Origin: Cyanobacteriota bacterium
GTDB taxonomy: Bacteria; Cyanobacteriota; Cyanobacteriia; PCC-6307; Cyanobiaceae
NCBI GenBank assembly: GCA_046052125.1
Contig: JBJOMY010000001.1
Location: 512,001-576,000, forward strand
Length of the DNA stretch: 64,000 nt
Direction of reading: 5' to 3'
Each line of letters starts with the position of its first letter. The stretch's first letter is position 1. The position numbers were made by a program, and so were the translations under genes. Below are positions 1-9,055 of the stretch, piece after piece. Under the pieces are notes generated by a model. That model saw only the letters and a list, made by a program, of their open reading frames with translations, did no database searches and was not told the origin of the DNA.

Positions 1-67
1 GCGCAGCCGCCGCCAGGGCAATCACCAGCAGGCGGCGATTCACACGCTGGTGCAGGGGGCCTTTCAT
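1..67 (-). CDS. 5' fragment of a probable membrane protein (MKGPLHQRVNRRLLVIALAAAA...), runs off the window edge
   Basis: ATG at 67-65 overlaps the TGA of the upstream SBP gene (ATGA coupling); basic residues followed by a hydrophobic stretch. Confidence 0.55.
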   Translation of the reverse strand, partial: MKGPLHQRVNRRLLVIALAAAA

Positions 68-1035
68 GGCACAAGCTCCGGCGCCAGCGTGGGCAAGGGC
101 ACGCCATCGGGCAAGCGATCGGCCTGGCGCATCTGCTGCTCGAGCAAGCGCATCGTGCGCTGCAGCGGACCATCGGCCGCCAACAGGGCAGCCTGCTGCG
201 CCTGGTTGGGGTAGCGAATCAAACGCTGCGAGCGCAGGAACTCCTCGGGGGTGACGCCCTGGCGCTGCGCCATCAACTGCACGGCCTGCTTGGGCTGTTC
301 CTTTGCGAAGGCACGGGCCGCCCACCAGGTGCGCACCAGGGCGGAGACCAAGCGGGGATCGCGGCGATGCAGATCCGGACTCACCGCCAGCACATCCACC
401 ACCTCACCGGGAATCTGGCTGGAGCTGAACAACACCCGCCAGCGCGGATCGCCGATCAGGGCATCGCTATGCGGGGCGTAGGTGACGATCGCGGCCAGCG
501 CGCCCCGTTGCAGCTGAGCCACCAGCGCCTTGGGGCCCTCGTAGCGCAGGTTGAGATCGTCCAAGGTGAGCCCATGGCGCTGGAGGGCACGCAGCAGTAC
601 AAACTCGCCGAGCACGCTGCGCTCCAACCCCACCCGTTGCCCCTTGAGCTCAGCCGGCGATTGCAGGCGGGCGGCTCCAATCAGCTGGTCGGCACCGTTG
701 GATTCGTCCAGCACCAACACGATCAACGGGCAGCGCGCTGGCGCCTCCCGGCAGATGGCGATCGCCTCGGGCAGGGTGGTGGCAATCGCCTCCACATCAC
801 CGCGGCTGAAGGCACGGCGTTGATCCTGCAGCGAGCCGAACTGTTCCACCTGCAGGTTGAACCCAAGCTCACGATCCAGCCCCTTCTTGCTCGCGAAATA
901 GAAGTATTCGTAGGCCGGCCAATCGATGATCGCCAGCCGCACCTGCTGCTGACGCCAGGAGGCCACACAGGCACCCAGGGCCAGGGAACTGCCCAGCACA
1001 GCCACCAGCGCCGCAATCCGCCGCCGTTGTTTCAT
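64..1035 (-). CDS. ABC-type substrate-binding protein, NitT/TauT (SsuA/NMT1-like) family
   Basis: 323 aa; signal/lipobox-like LALGAC; WPAYEYFY, LDESNGADQ, LKGQRVG and IPGEVVDVL motifs. Confidence 0.85.
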   Translation of the reverse strand: MKQRRRIAALVAVLGSSLALGACVASWRQQQVRLAIIDWPAYEYFYFASKKGLDRELGFNLQVEQFGSLQDQRRAFSRGDVEAIATTLPEAIAICREAPARCPLIVLVLDESNGADQLIGAARLQSPAELKGQRVGLERSVLGEFVLLRALQRHGLTLDDLNLRYEGPKALVAQLQRGALAAIVTYAPHSDALIGDPRWRVLFSSSQIPGEVVDVLAVSPDLHRRDPRLVSALVRTWWAARAFAKEQPKQAVQLMAQRQGVTPEEFLRSQRLIRYPNQAQQAALLAADGPLQRTMRLLEQQMRQADRLPDGVPLPTLAPELVP

Positions 1036-2024
1036 TGGGCCGCCTCCGCAAAGCGTGGCGTTACAGCGGGAACCGGTGCGGCAGGGGAGGTGAGCTTGAG
1101 GCGCGCCTGCACCTCCTGAACGGCCTTCAGGTTGCGGGCCAACACCCCACCGGGCTGAAGCATCGCCTCCTGCTGCTTGAGGCTGAAGTACACCAATCCC
1201 TCCTCCGCCCGGCGGTATTCCTCAACGCTGAGTTGCTCTCGCTGCGCGGCGATTGCAAGCGCTTTGGCTGGATCCTGACGGGCCGCCTGATGGGCCGCGG
1301 CCCAGGCACGCACCAACGCGGTCACCGTCGCGCCATTGCGCTTGAGGTAGGCGGGATCGACCGCCAGCACGTCGAACACTTCACCAGGAATGGCGCGGCT
1401 ATCGAACAGGGTGCGCGAAGCCCCATCGCGGGCGGCGTAATCACTGAACGGCGGGAAAAACACCGCCGCCTTCACCTCACCGCTACGCAGAGCACTGGGC
1501 ATCTGCGCCAGGGGAATGTTGCGCAACTGCACATCGGTGAGAGTCAACCCGTGCTGCTCCAGCGCCCGGCTGAGCACGTAGGGCCCCAGGGTGGAGAAGG
1601 TGACCGCCACCGGCTGCCCCTTCAAAGCTTGCAAGGACGGAACAGACTTGATCGCCGCGATCTGATCGCCACCGCGGGATTCATCCAGGATCAGCACAAT
1701 CACCGGACAACGGCTCGGCGCCCTGGCGCAGAGGTCGACCGCCTCCACCGTGGTGAGCTGTGCCAGCGGCACATCTCCGCGCAGGTAGGCATGCACGATC
1801 GCCTGTGGATCAGGAAACTGCAGCGGCTTGATCGTGATGCCCGCGCGCTGATCCAGGCCGAGCTTGTGCGCCAGGTAGATGTACTCGTAACCAGGCCAGT
1901 TGGACACCGGAACATCCACACTCGCCTGCCGCCAGAAGCACCCGCCGAGCGCCCCCAGGGCCGCCGCTATTGCAACGCCGCCGCCAAGGCGGTGCAACAA
2001 CGATCGCCAGGCAGGTGCATCCAT
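1032..2024 (-). CDS. ABC-type substrate-binding protein, NitT/TauT family (paralog of 64-1035)
   Basis: ALGGC lipobox-like; WPGYEYIY, LDESRGGDQ, IPGEVFDVL; 4-nt overlap with the next gene; start placed at ATG 2024. Confidence 0.85.
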   Translation of the reverse strand: MDAPAWRSLLHRLGGGVAIAAALGALGGCFWRQASVDVPVSNWPGYEYIYLAHKLGLDQRAGITIKPLQFPDPQAIVHAYLRGDVPLAQLTTVEAVDLCARAPSRCPVIVLILDESRGGDQIAAIKSVPSLQALKGQPVAVTFSTLGPYVLSRALEQHGLTLTDVQLRNIPLAQMPSALRSGEVKAAVFFPPFSDYAARDGASRTLFDSRAIPGEVFDVLAVDPAYLKRNGATVTALVRAWAAAHQAARQDPAKALAIAAQREQLSVEEYRRAEEGLVYFSLKQQEAMLQPGGVLARNLKAVQEVQARLKLTSPAAPVPAVTPRFAEAAQ

Positions 2025-2127
2025 GCCTAACTCTAGGAAAGGCCACCTGAACGGCAACCATGAAAGCCCCTGGGTGCCCTGTTGATCTGCTCCCTAAGCT
2101 GCGAGCAACAGGCGCGGCCGGGAGAGC

Positions 2128-3843
2128 GTGATCGAGCCGCTGAACGAGCTGCTTGAGCAGGCGGAGCACTTCCAGGAGTGCGGGAGCTGGCGGGTCGACC
2201 ACAACAGCGGCGCCATGCTTTGGTCGCCGCAGACCCATCGGGTCCTGGAGAGCGATCCAGCACTCGGAAGCAGCTTCGAGCTGCTGCTGGAGCGTGTTCA
2301 CCCAGAGGATCGCAACCTCGTGGCCGCCAGCGTGCGCCAATCGTGGCTGAGCGGCCAACCGTTTCAACTGGAGCACCGCCTCCAACTAAGTGATGGGCGT
2401 GTTGTGTCCGTGCTGCATCGCGGTGAAACCAGCTGCGACGATGACGGTCGCGCCCTGTACACCATCGGCACGCTACAAAACCTCAAGCACCAGCGCAATC
2501 TGCAGCTGGAGCTCGAGCACGCTATCCACACCGACAGCATCACCGGCCTCCCGAATCGACAGGCTTCAATTCGCTACCTCGAGCAGCGCATTCGCGAGCT
2601 TCCTTACAACCAACAGATCGCGATCCTCTGCCTGGATCTCGATACCTTTCAGGGCATTAATGACAGTTTTGGCGTTGAGATCGGCAATCAACTGCTCCAT
2701 TGGACCGGCGAGCATCTGCGCCTGTTCCTGCAACCCACTGATTGGCTGGCCCGCCTCGACAGCGACACCTTTCTGGTGGTGCGCAGCGCCAACATCACCA
2801 GCCTGTCCGACGCGCTGAACCTGGGCGCGCAACTGCAGAACTGGCTCCACCAGGTGGTGCCGCGGCTGGAGACACCTCTACCCATTCAGCTGAGCGCCTG
2901 CGTGGGGGTGAGCATCGCGCCCGACCACGGCAGTGAAGCCTCTGGCCTGTTGCAGTGGGCCAACACGGCGTTGATGGAAGCCAAGCGCCAGGGCAAGGGA
3001 TCCCTGAAGGCCTATTCCACAGCAATCAGTCAGGCCATCCGTGACAACCTCGATCTCGAGCAACGGCTGGCCCGGGCGATTGAGCGCCAGGAGCTGCAGC
3101 TTTATTACCAACCGCAATGGGATCGCCATCGGCGCTTGATCGGCGCTGAAGCGCTGCTGCGCTGGCAGCCCCAAGGCCGGGAGCCTGTTTCACCAGGCCG
3201 CTTTATTCCCCTGGCGGAGCAGAGCGGCCTGATTCACACCCTCGGCCGCTGGGTGCTCGAGCAGGCGATCCAACAGCTGAGCCAGTGGTCGCTGGCGGGA
3301 CTGGAGCTGCCCCTGCTGGCGATCAACGTGTCGGGTCACCAACTCGACCCCGACCAGGAGCAGCTCGATCAGGAGCTGCTGCAGCTGTGCGAGCACTGGA
3401 GTGTTCCGCCTCAGCGCCTGGAGGTGGAACTCACGGAAACCGCCCTGATCGGCAATCTCGACGCCGCCGCTCGCACCCTCAACAGCCTCGCCGCCGCCGG
3501 CGTGAGCCTCGCGATCGACGACTTTGGCACCGGCTTTTCCTCCCTGGCCAGCCTGCAACGCCTACCGCTGCATCGCTTGAAAATTGATCGCTGCTTCGTG
3601 AGCGATCTGGCCAGCAATGCCTCCGATCGCAGCATCGTGAAAGCAACGATCCTGATGGCCCATGAATTGGGGCTCACCTGCCTGGCTGAAGGCGTGGAAA
3701 TCGAAGAGCAGGTTCAACATCTGCTGAGCTTGGGCTGCGACAGCTTCCAGGGCTACCTGCTGGGCAAACCGATGGCCGCCGCCACCTTTGAGGCCCTGCT
3801 GAGCAGCCCACAAAGCACTGACAAGCCGAAACAGCCTGCCTAG
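2128..3843 (+). CDS. PAS - degenerate GGDEF - EAL protein (probable c-di-GMP phosphodiesterase)
   Basis: PAS_3-like GSWRVD...VHPEDR; GGDEF site reads RLDSDTF; EAL motifs AEALLRW, ELTE, DDFGTG, AEGVE, FQGY are intact. Confidence 0.9.
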   Translation: MIEPLNELLEQAEHFQECGSWRVDHNSGAMLWSPQTHRVLESDPALGSSFELLLERVHPEDRNLVAASVRQSWLSGQPFQLEHRLQLSDGRVVSVLHRGETSCDDDGRALYTIGTLQNLKHQRNLQLELEHAIHTDSITGLPNRQASIRYLEQRIRELPYNQQIAILCLDLDTFQGINDSFGVEIGNQLLHWTGEHLRLFLQPTDWLARLDSDTFLVVRSANITSLSDALNLGAQLQNWLHQVVPRLETPLPIQLSACVGVSIAPDHGSEASGLLQWANTALMEAKRQGKGSLKAYSTAISQAIRDNLDLEQRLARAIERQELQLYYQPQWDRHRRLIGAEALLRWQPQGREPVSPGRFIPLAEQSGLIHTLGRWVLEQAIQQLSQWSLAGLELPLLAINVSGHQLDPDQEQLDQELLQLCEHWSVPPQRLEVELTETALIGNLDAAARTLNSLAAAGVSLAIDDFGTGFSSLASLQRLPLHRLKIDRCFVSDLASNASDRSIVKATILMAHELGLTCLAEGVEIEEQVQHLLSLGCDSFQGYLLGKPMAAATFEALLSSPQSTDKPKQPA

Positions 3844-3875
3844 CTTGCAGGCAGAACTGTGATGCAGCTGCACCA

Positions 3876-5726
3876 ATGCTGCAGGCCCCCATCCCCGCAG
3901 ACGATGCGGCGCGCGTCCAAGAACTGCGCAGCTACGGGGTACTCGACACTCCGGATGAGCAGGCGTTCGATGACATCGGCGCCCTGGTGCGCGATATCGC
4001 CGGCACCGCGATCGGCATCATCTCCCTGGTGGATGAGAACCGCCAATGGTTCAAGAGCTGTATCGGGCTTGATGCCAAGGAAACGCCCCGCAATATCTCC
4101 TTCTGCGGCCACACGATCCTGCAGCGCACGCCACTGATCATCGAAGACGCGCTGGCCGATCCGCGCTTTTGCGACAACCCTCTGGTGCTGGAGCGGCCGC
4201 ACATCCGCTTCTACGCGGGCTTCCCCCTGATCTCAAGCAACGGCTTAGCGCTGGGCAGCCTGTGTGCGGTGGATCAGCAACCCCGGCGCCTGAGCGACCT
4301 GCAGATCAGCGCCCTGGAACGGCTGGCGCGCCTGGTAGTGCAGCAGATGGAGCTCAAACGCCAGAGCCGCCTACTGGAACACTCGCAGCAGGCCCGCCAG
4401 GAGCAGCGGCCCGCGGGCAGCACAGCCCTGGATCGCAGCGGCCTGTTCACCAGCAAAGAGCAGTTGCTCAGCATGGTGGAGCTGATGCTCTGCCAGAACA
4501 GCCAAGCCGGCTTCGGCATCCTGCGGGTGGAGTTCAAGGAGTTGCGCCGCATTGCCAACGCCCTCGGTGAAGCGGTGGCCAGCGCCCTGCGCCGTGAGCA
4601 GATGGAGAGGCTCAGCCAGCTGCTGAGCGATCAAGCCAGCTGCTGCGAACTCAACGATCAGGAGTGGCTGGTGCTGTTGCCCTTCATCAGCACGGAAGGG
4701 CAACTGTGCGACCAAGCCGCGGCCATCACGGATCAACTGCAACAACCAGTCGCGGTAGCCAAGCAACTGCTCAACGCGCAGGTCGCCGTTGGCGCTGCGT
4801 TATTCCAGGGCAACTACAGCAACGCCGACGACCTACTGAGCGATGCCGCCATCGCCCTGCGCAACGCCGCCCGCCGGCCCGGCAGCCACTACAGCTGCAT
4901 TGATCTCACCAGCCGCATGGAGGCGCAACAGGATCTCCAGCTGGAATCGGAACTGCGCCATGGCCTGAGCCGCGGCCAGCTCGAACCCCACTTCCAGCCA
5001 CTCTTCCATCTGCAAAGCCTCGCGATCACCGGCGTGGAGGCGCTGGCCCGCTGGCGCCACAGCGATGGGGATCTCCTGCTGCCGAGCGTGTTCCTGGCGG
5101 CGGCGGAACGGGCCGAGCTGCTGGGCGCCCTCGATCTGCAGATGATCCGCCAAGCGATCCAGGCCAGCCACGCGATGGCCCGGGTACACCCCGAGCGACC
5201 GATGCTGCTCAGCCTCAATCTCTCCGCAGCGGTGTTGGAGAGCGAGCAGCACCTCGAGGAGCTGTTTGCACTAATCGATGAACAACCACTCCCTCAGCAC
5301 TGGCAGTTGCAGCTGGAGTTGTTGGAGATGAACCTGCAGCAACCGGAAGCGGAGATCGCCCGCCAACTGAGCCAGCTGCATCAGCGCGGAGTGCTCCTAG
5401 CGATCGACGACTTCGGCACCGGTTACTCCTCCTTAAGCCGCCTGAACCGCTTCCCCTTCCACAGCCTCAAGGTGGACATGAGCTTCGTGAAGCTGCTCGA
5501 TGCCCCTGAGCAACCCAGCAACCGCATCCTGGAGGTGATCCAGGCCATGGCGGAGGCCCTCGAACTGCACACCACCGCTGAAGGGGTGGAAACAGAAGCC
5601 CAGCGCCAATGGCTGCAGCGCCAGGGCTTCCATTGGGGCCAGGGTTATCTACTGGCCAAGCCGATGCCCCTGCAGGACATGCTCAACCTGCTGCTCACCC
5701 ACCAGAGCCAAGCAGTGCGGCCCTGA
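3876..5726 (+). CDS. GAF - degenerate GGDEF - EAL protein (probable c-di-GMP phosphodiesterase)
   Basis: GAF motifs SFCGHTI, DPRFCDNP, RFYAGFPL; GGDEF site eroded (LNDQEW); VEALARW, DDFGTGYSS, AEGVET, GQGY. Confidence 0.88.
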   Translation: MLQAPIPADDAARVQELRSYGVLDTPDEQAFDDIGALVRDIAGTAIGIISLVDENRQWFKSCIGLDAKETPRNISFCGHTILQRTPLIIEDALADPRFCDNPLVLERPHIRFYAGFPLISSNGLALGSLCAVDQQPRRLSDLQISALERLARLVVQQMELKRQSRLLEHSQQARQEQRPAGSTALDRSGLFTSKEQLLSMVELMLCQNSQAGFGILRVEFKELRRIANALGEAVASALRREQMERLSQLLSDQASCCELNDQEWLVLLPFISTEGQLCDQAAAITDQLQQPVAVAKQLLNAQVAVGAALFQGNYSNADDLLSDAAIALRNAARRPGSHYSCIDLTSRMEAQQDLQLESELRHGLSRGQLEPHFQPLFHLQSLAITGVEALARWRHSDGDLLLPSVFLAAAERAELLGALDLQMIRQAIQASHAMARVHPERPMLLSLNLSAAVLESEQHLEELFALIDEQPLPQHWQLQLELLEMNLQQPEAEIARQLSQLHQRGVLLAIDDFGTGYSSLSRLNRFPFHSLKVDMSFVKLLDAPEQPSNRILEVIQAMAEALELHTTAEGVETEAQRQWLQRQGFHWGQGYLLAKPMPLQDMLNLLLTHQSQAVRP

Positions 5727-5976
5727 CCTGCTCGCCAGTCCACCCCTCCACCCGGATCCACTTCGAGCGGCCGGTGGCACCACGCACCAGCTCGATGCTG
5801 CTCTGGGGCACCTTCAACAAACGGGCCAGAAGCTTGAGCAACGCCGCATTGGCCGCTCCATCCACCGGCGGCGCCTTCAGCTGAATCGCGATGGCCTCGC
5901 CGCGCACCCCCTGAACCCCCTCACGGCTGGCACGGGGCTGCACCCGGATCGCCACCAGCTGGTCGGGAAGCTCCAT
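5695..5976 (-). CDS. DUF167 / YggU (UPF0235) family protein
   Basis: VQPRASR...[12 protein letters not shown]...GATGRSK signature; ATG at 5976. Confidence 0.85.
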   Translation of the reverse strand: MELPDQLVAIRVQPRASREGVQGVRGEAIAIQLKAPPVDGAANAALLKLLARLLKVPQSSIELVRGATGRSKWIRVEGWTGEQVRAALLGSGG

Positions 5977-6022
5977 GGGGGAACAAAGTAGAAGCAACGC
6001 AATTCCAGGGCTGGTCGAGGTG

Positions 6023-7123
6023 ATGGCAGGGAGCAGGGCAGGGCAGACCCTCACCATCCGCAGGCCTGACGACTGGCACGTGCATCTCCGCGACGGGGCG
6101 CTGCTCCAGGCGGTGGTGGGGCACACCGCCCGCCAGTTCGCGCGGGCGATCGTGATGCCCAACCTCAAGCCACCGATCACCACGGTTGCTCAGGCGAGTG
6201 CCTACCGCGAACGCATCCTGGCGGCCCTCGAGCGCAGCGCCGGCAGCGACGCCGCCTCCGGCTTCACCCCGCTGATGACCGCCTATCTCACCGAAACGAT
6301 CGAGCCCGCTGAACTGGAGCGGGGATTCCAGGCGGGCGTGTTCACCGCCGCCAAGCTCTATCCGGCCGGGGCCACCACCAACTCCGATGCCGGCGTGAGG
6401 GATCTCGCCCACATCGGCCCTGTGCTCACCTGCATGGAGCGCATCGGTATGCCGCTGCTGATCCACGGCGAGGTGACCGACCCGGCCGTGGACATCTTCG
6501 ATCGTGAGGCGGTGTTCATCGAGCGGCAGCTCAAACCGCTGCTGGAGCGCCATCCCAACTTGAAGGTGGTGCTCGAGCACATCACCACGGCCGATGCGGT
6601 GCGGTTCGTGGAACAGGGCCCCGCCAACCTCGCGGCCACGATCACCCCACACCACCTACACATCAACCGCAACGCCCTCTTTCAAGGGGGATTACGGCCC
6701 GACATGTATTGCCTGCCGGTGGCGAAACGGGAACAGCACCGGCTGGCGCTGCGTGCCGCCGCTACATCGGGCAACGCCAAGTTCTTTCTCGGCACCGACT
6801 CAGCGCCGCATCTGCGCCAGGCCAAAGAAAGCAGTTGTGGCTGCGCCGGGATCTACTGCGCGCCTTATGCGCTCGAGAGCTACGCCGAGGTGTTCGACGA
6901 CCACAACACGCTCGATCAACTGGAAGCCTTCGCCAGCCTCAATGGCCCTCGCTTTTACGGGCTACCGCTGAACAACGGCACGATCACCCTGGAGCGCTGT
7001 GATCACGCAGCCGATGGCCCCGGATTGCCGGCCATGCTGGAACTCGCCAATGGCACCGATCAACCCAGCTGCCTGGTTCCCTTCCACGCCGGCGAACAAC
7101 TGCGCTGGCGCGTCAAGCCGTAA
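6023..7123 (+). CDS. pyrC: dihydroorotase
   Basis: [28 protein letters not shown] and FLGTDSAPH motifs of E. coli-type DHOase. Confidence 0.97.
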   Translation: MAGSRAGQTLTIRRPDDWHVHLRDGALLQAVVGHTARQFARAIVMPNLKPPITTVAQASAYRERILAALERSAGSDAASGFTPLMTAYLTETIEPAELERGFQAGVFTAAKLYPAGATTNSDAGVRDLAHIGPVLTCMERIGMPLLIHGEVTDPAVDIFDREAVFIERQLKPLLERHPNLKVVLEHITTADAVRFVEQGPANLAATITPHHLHINRNALFQGGLRPDMYCLPVAKREQHRLALRAAATSGNAKFFLGTDSAPHLRQAKESSCGCAGIYCAPYALESYAEVFDDHNTLDQLEAFASLNGPRFYGLPLNNGTITLERCDHAADGPGLPAMLELANGTDQPSCLVPFHAGEQLRWRVKP

Positions 7124-7215
7124 TTCCTTCAGGTTCTCTTCAGGATTCTGTGCTGAAAAGCACTTGAAGGGCGGGGGGGGCATGTCCTTAGCTTCGGCCC
7201 AACCCGGCAGCGAGT

Positions 7216-7530
7216 ATGGCCCTGTTCTCCTGGATCACCAGCGTAGACAGCGATGCCCTGCTCGAGGCGCTGGCCGAACCGCTGCAGCAGCTCGGGTTGG
7301 TGGTGGACGCTTCCGTGAGCAACGCCACGCAGGTGCTCGCCTCCGACAGGCCGAACTGCGGGCTGCCCATGGCCCAGCGCGTCACGGTGCTCGCGTCTTG
7401 GAACTGCAGCCGCAGCCGCGAAGCCCAGCTGGAGGTGCGCAGCTCGGAACCCCAACTGCGCCAGGGAACCCGTTGCCAGCAGATCGCCGAACAACTGCAG
7501 CAAGTCCAGGCCAGCCGCATGAGCTACTAA
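7216..7530 (+). CDS. hypothetical protein (104 aa)
   Basis: Fills the gap with host-like codon usage; ends with EVRSSEP...TRC. Confidence 0.65.
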   Translation: MALFSWITSVDSDALLEALAEPLQQLGLVVDASVSNATQVLASDRPNCGLPMAQRVTVLASWNCSRSREAQLEVRSSEPQLRQGTRCQQIAEQLQQVQASRMSY

Positions 7531-7563
7531 GCGGCAAGCGCTATTAAGCCGATCCGCCATTCG

Positions 7564-7606
7564 GTAACCGCTGCTACATAGAGGGGCCCCCACCGCTCCA
7601 TAGGTT
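7564..7606 (+). promoter_or_regulatory. NtcA-activated (class II) promoter: GTA-N8-TAC plus -10 box
   Basis: GTAACCGCTGCTAC at 7564-7577, 23-nt spacer, TAGGTT (TAN3T) at 7601-7606. Confidence 0.7.
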
Positions 7607-7637
7607 CCGCCCAGTGGATGACTGGAGGCCGAGCTCC

Positions 7638-7811
7638 ATGCAAACCCAGGTTCTATTCCAAGCCAACGACGGCAGCTGGAGCACCAGTAAGACCTACCCC
7701 AATCCCTTGCTGGCCTACATCGCCGCCCGCAAACTGAGCCGCCAGGAGCAACGCCCCTGCCGCACGGTGTGCACCAGTGGTCAGCTGCTCGAAGAGATTC
7801 AGCCCTCCTGA
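7638..7811 (+). CDS. small hypothetical protein (57 aa, MQTQVLFQ...CRTVC...)
   Basis: GGAGG Shine-Dalgarno at 7624-7628 before ATG 7638; lies downstream of the NtcA-type promoter. Confidence 0.7.
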   Translation: MQTQVLFQANDGSWSTSKTYPNPLLAYIAARKLSRQEQRPCRTVCTSGQLLEEIQPS

Positions 7812-7906
7812 ACAACGCTCCCGTAAAGAGCTCGCAACGTTTCGCTGACAGCTTCAAATAAGGCATCTACGGTCCTGCCGGATTCCCCCTAGCGAGCCCG
7901 ACCGTT

Positions 7907-8995
7907 ATGTCTCTCGTTCAAGCACCTGCCCTGGGTATCGAGCGTTTTGCACCCGGCCTCAACAAAGAAAGCCGGCCCCACGCCTCCACCGATGACCAGA
8001 ACGCCATCATCCGTGCGGTGTATCAGCAGGTGCTGGGCGGTCAATATCTGATGAACAACGAGCGCCTGGATGGCGCCGAATCGCTGTTCCGCAATGGCTA
8101 TCTGAACGTGCGCGAGTTTGTGCGCACCGTGGCCCGCAGCGCCCTGTATCGCTCGCGCTTCTTCGAGAACTGCAATCCCTATCGCTTCATCGAGCTCAAC
8201 TTCAAGCATCTGCTTGGCCGCGCTCCCCAGAACAAGGAGGAGATGCTGCACCACTTCACGATCCTGCAGGAGCAGGGATACGACGCCGAGATCGATTCCT
8301 ATCTCGACAGCGCCGAATACAACCGCAACTTCGGCAACGACAACGTGCCCCACATGCACGGCTGGAACTACTCGGCTGGCCATGAAGGCCGCCAGTTCTC
8401 CTGGCTGATGCAGCTGGCCCGCGGCGCCTCGGCCTCCGTGAAAGGCGATGGCAGCGGCACCCAGTTCAAGCTGGGCCGGGCCCTGCATCAGAACCGCCCG
8501 ATCGCCGTGGCTGGTGCTGGCAGCGCCGTGCGGGTGAGCGGCTCCGCCGCCAGCTGGGCCCAGGCCCCTACAGCCGCGCAATACGCCCACATCAGCACCG
8601 ATGGGCCGTTCCGCGCCGATGTGTCGTCGAGTGGTGAGCTGCCCAGCGGCGATCTGCCCAGCGATCGGCGCATCGATGGCACCCCGGCCTTTGGCTTCCG
8701 CAGCCAGGAGCTGCTGGTGTCGAGCCCCAGCGCCGGCGCCGCCAGCGAGGGCAGCCGTGTGGTGACGATCACCGCCACCGGCATCGCCAACAACCGCTTC
8801 CTGCGCCACGGCGCCTACACCACGCGCGTGCCCTTCAGCCGCATGAATGAGGCCCTGCAACGGGTGATCCGTCAGGGCGGCCGTGTGGTGAGTGTGGTGG
8901 TGAACGACGGCCCCACCCACAACCAGGCGGTGAACACAGCCCACGCTGAAGAGGGCGCCAAGCCCAAAGCCAAAGGCCGCAGCAAGAAGGGCTGA
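7907..8995 (+). CDS. phycobilisome rod linker polypeptide (linker domain plus C-terminal CpcD-like domain)
   Basis: IRAVYQQVLG, VREFVR, FIELNFKHLLGRAP; C-terminal VPFSRMNEALQRVIRQGGRVVSV. Confidence 0.92.
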   Translation: MSLVQAPALGIERFAPGLNKESRPHASTDDQNAIIRAVYQQVLGGQYLMNNERLDGAESLFRNGYLNVREFVRTVARSALYRSRFFENCNPYRFIELNFKHLLGRAPQNKEEMLHHFTILQEQGYDAEIDSYLDSAEYNRNFGNDNVPHMHGWNYSAGHEGRQFSWLMQLARGASASVKGDGSGTQFKLGRALHQNRPIAVAGAGSAVRVSGSAASWAQAPTAAQYAHISTDGPFRADVSSSGELPSGDLPSDRRIDGTPAFGFRSQELLVSSPSAGAASEGSRVVTITATGIANNRFLRHGAYTTRVPFSRMNEALQRVIRQGGRVVSVVVNDGPTHNQAVNTAHAEEGAKPKAKGRSKKG

Positions 8996-9055
8996 TCCCT
9001 GCCTTGCCAAATCCGGCCACAGGACAGAACCTGTGGCCGCACCGAGGGCCCAGCC

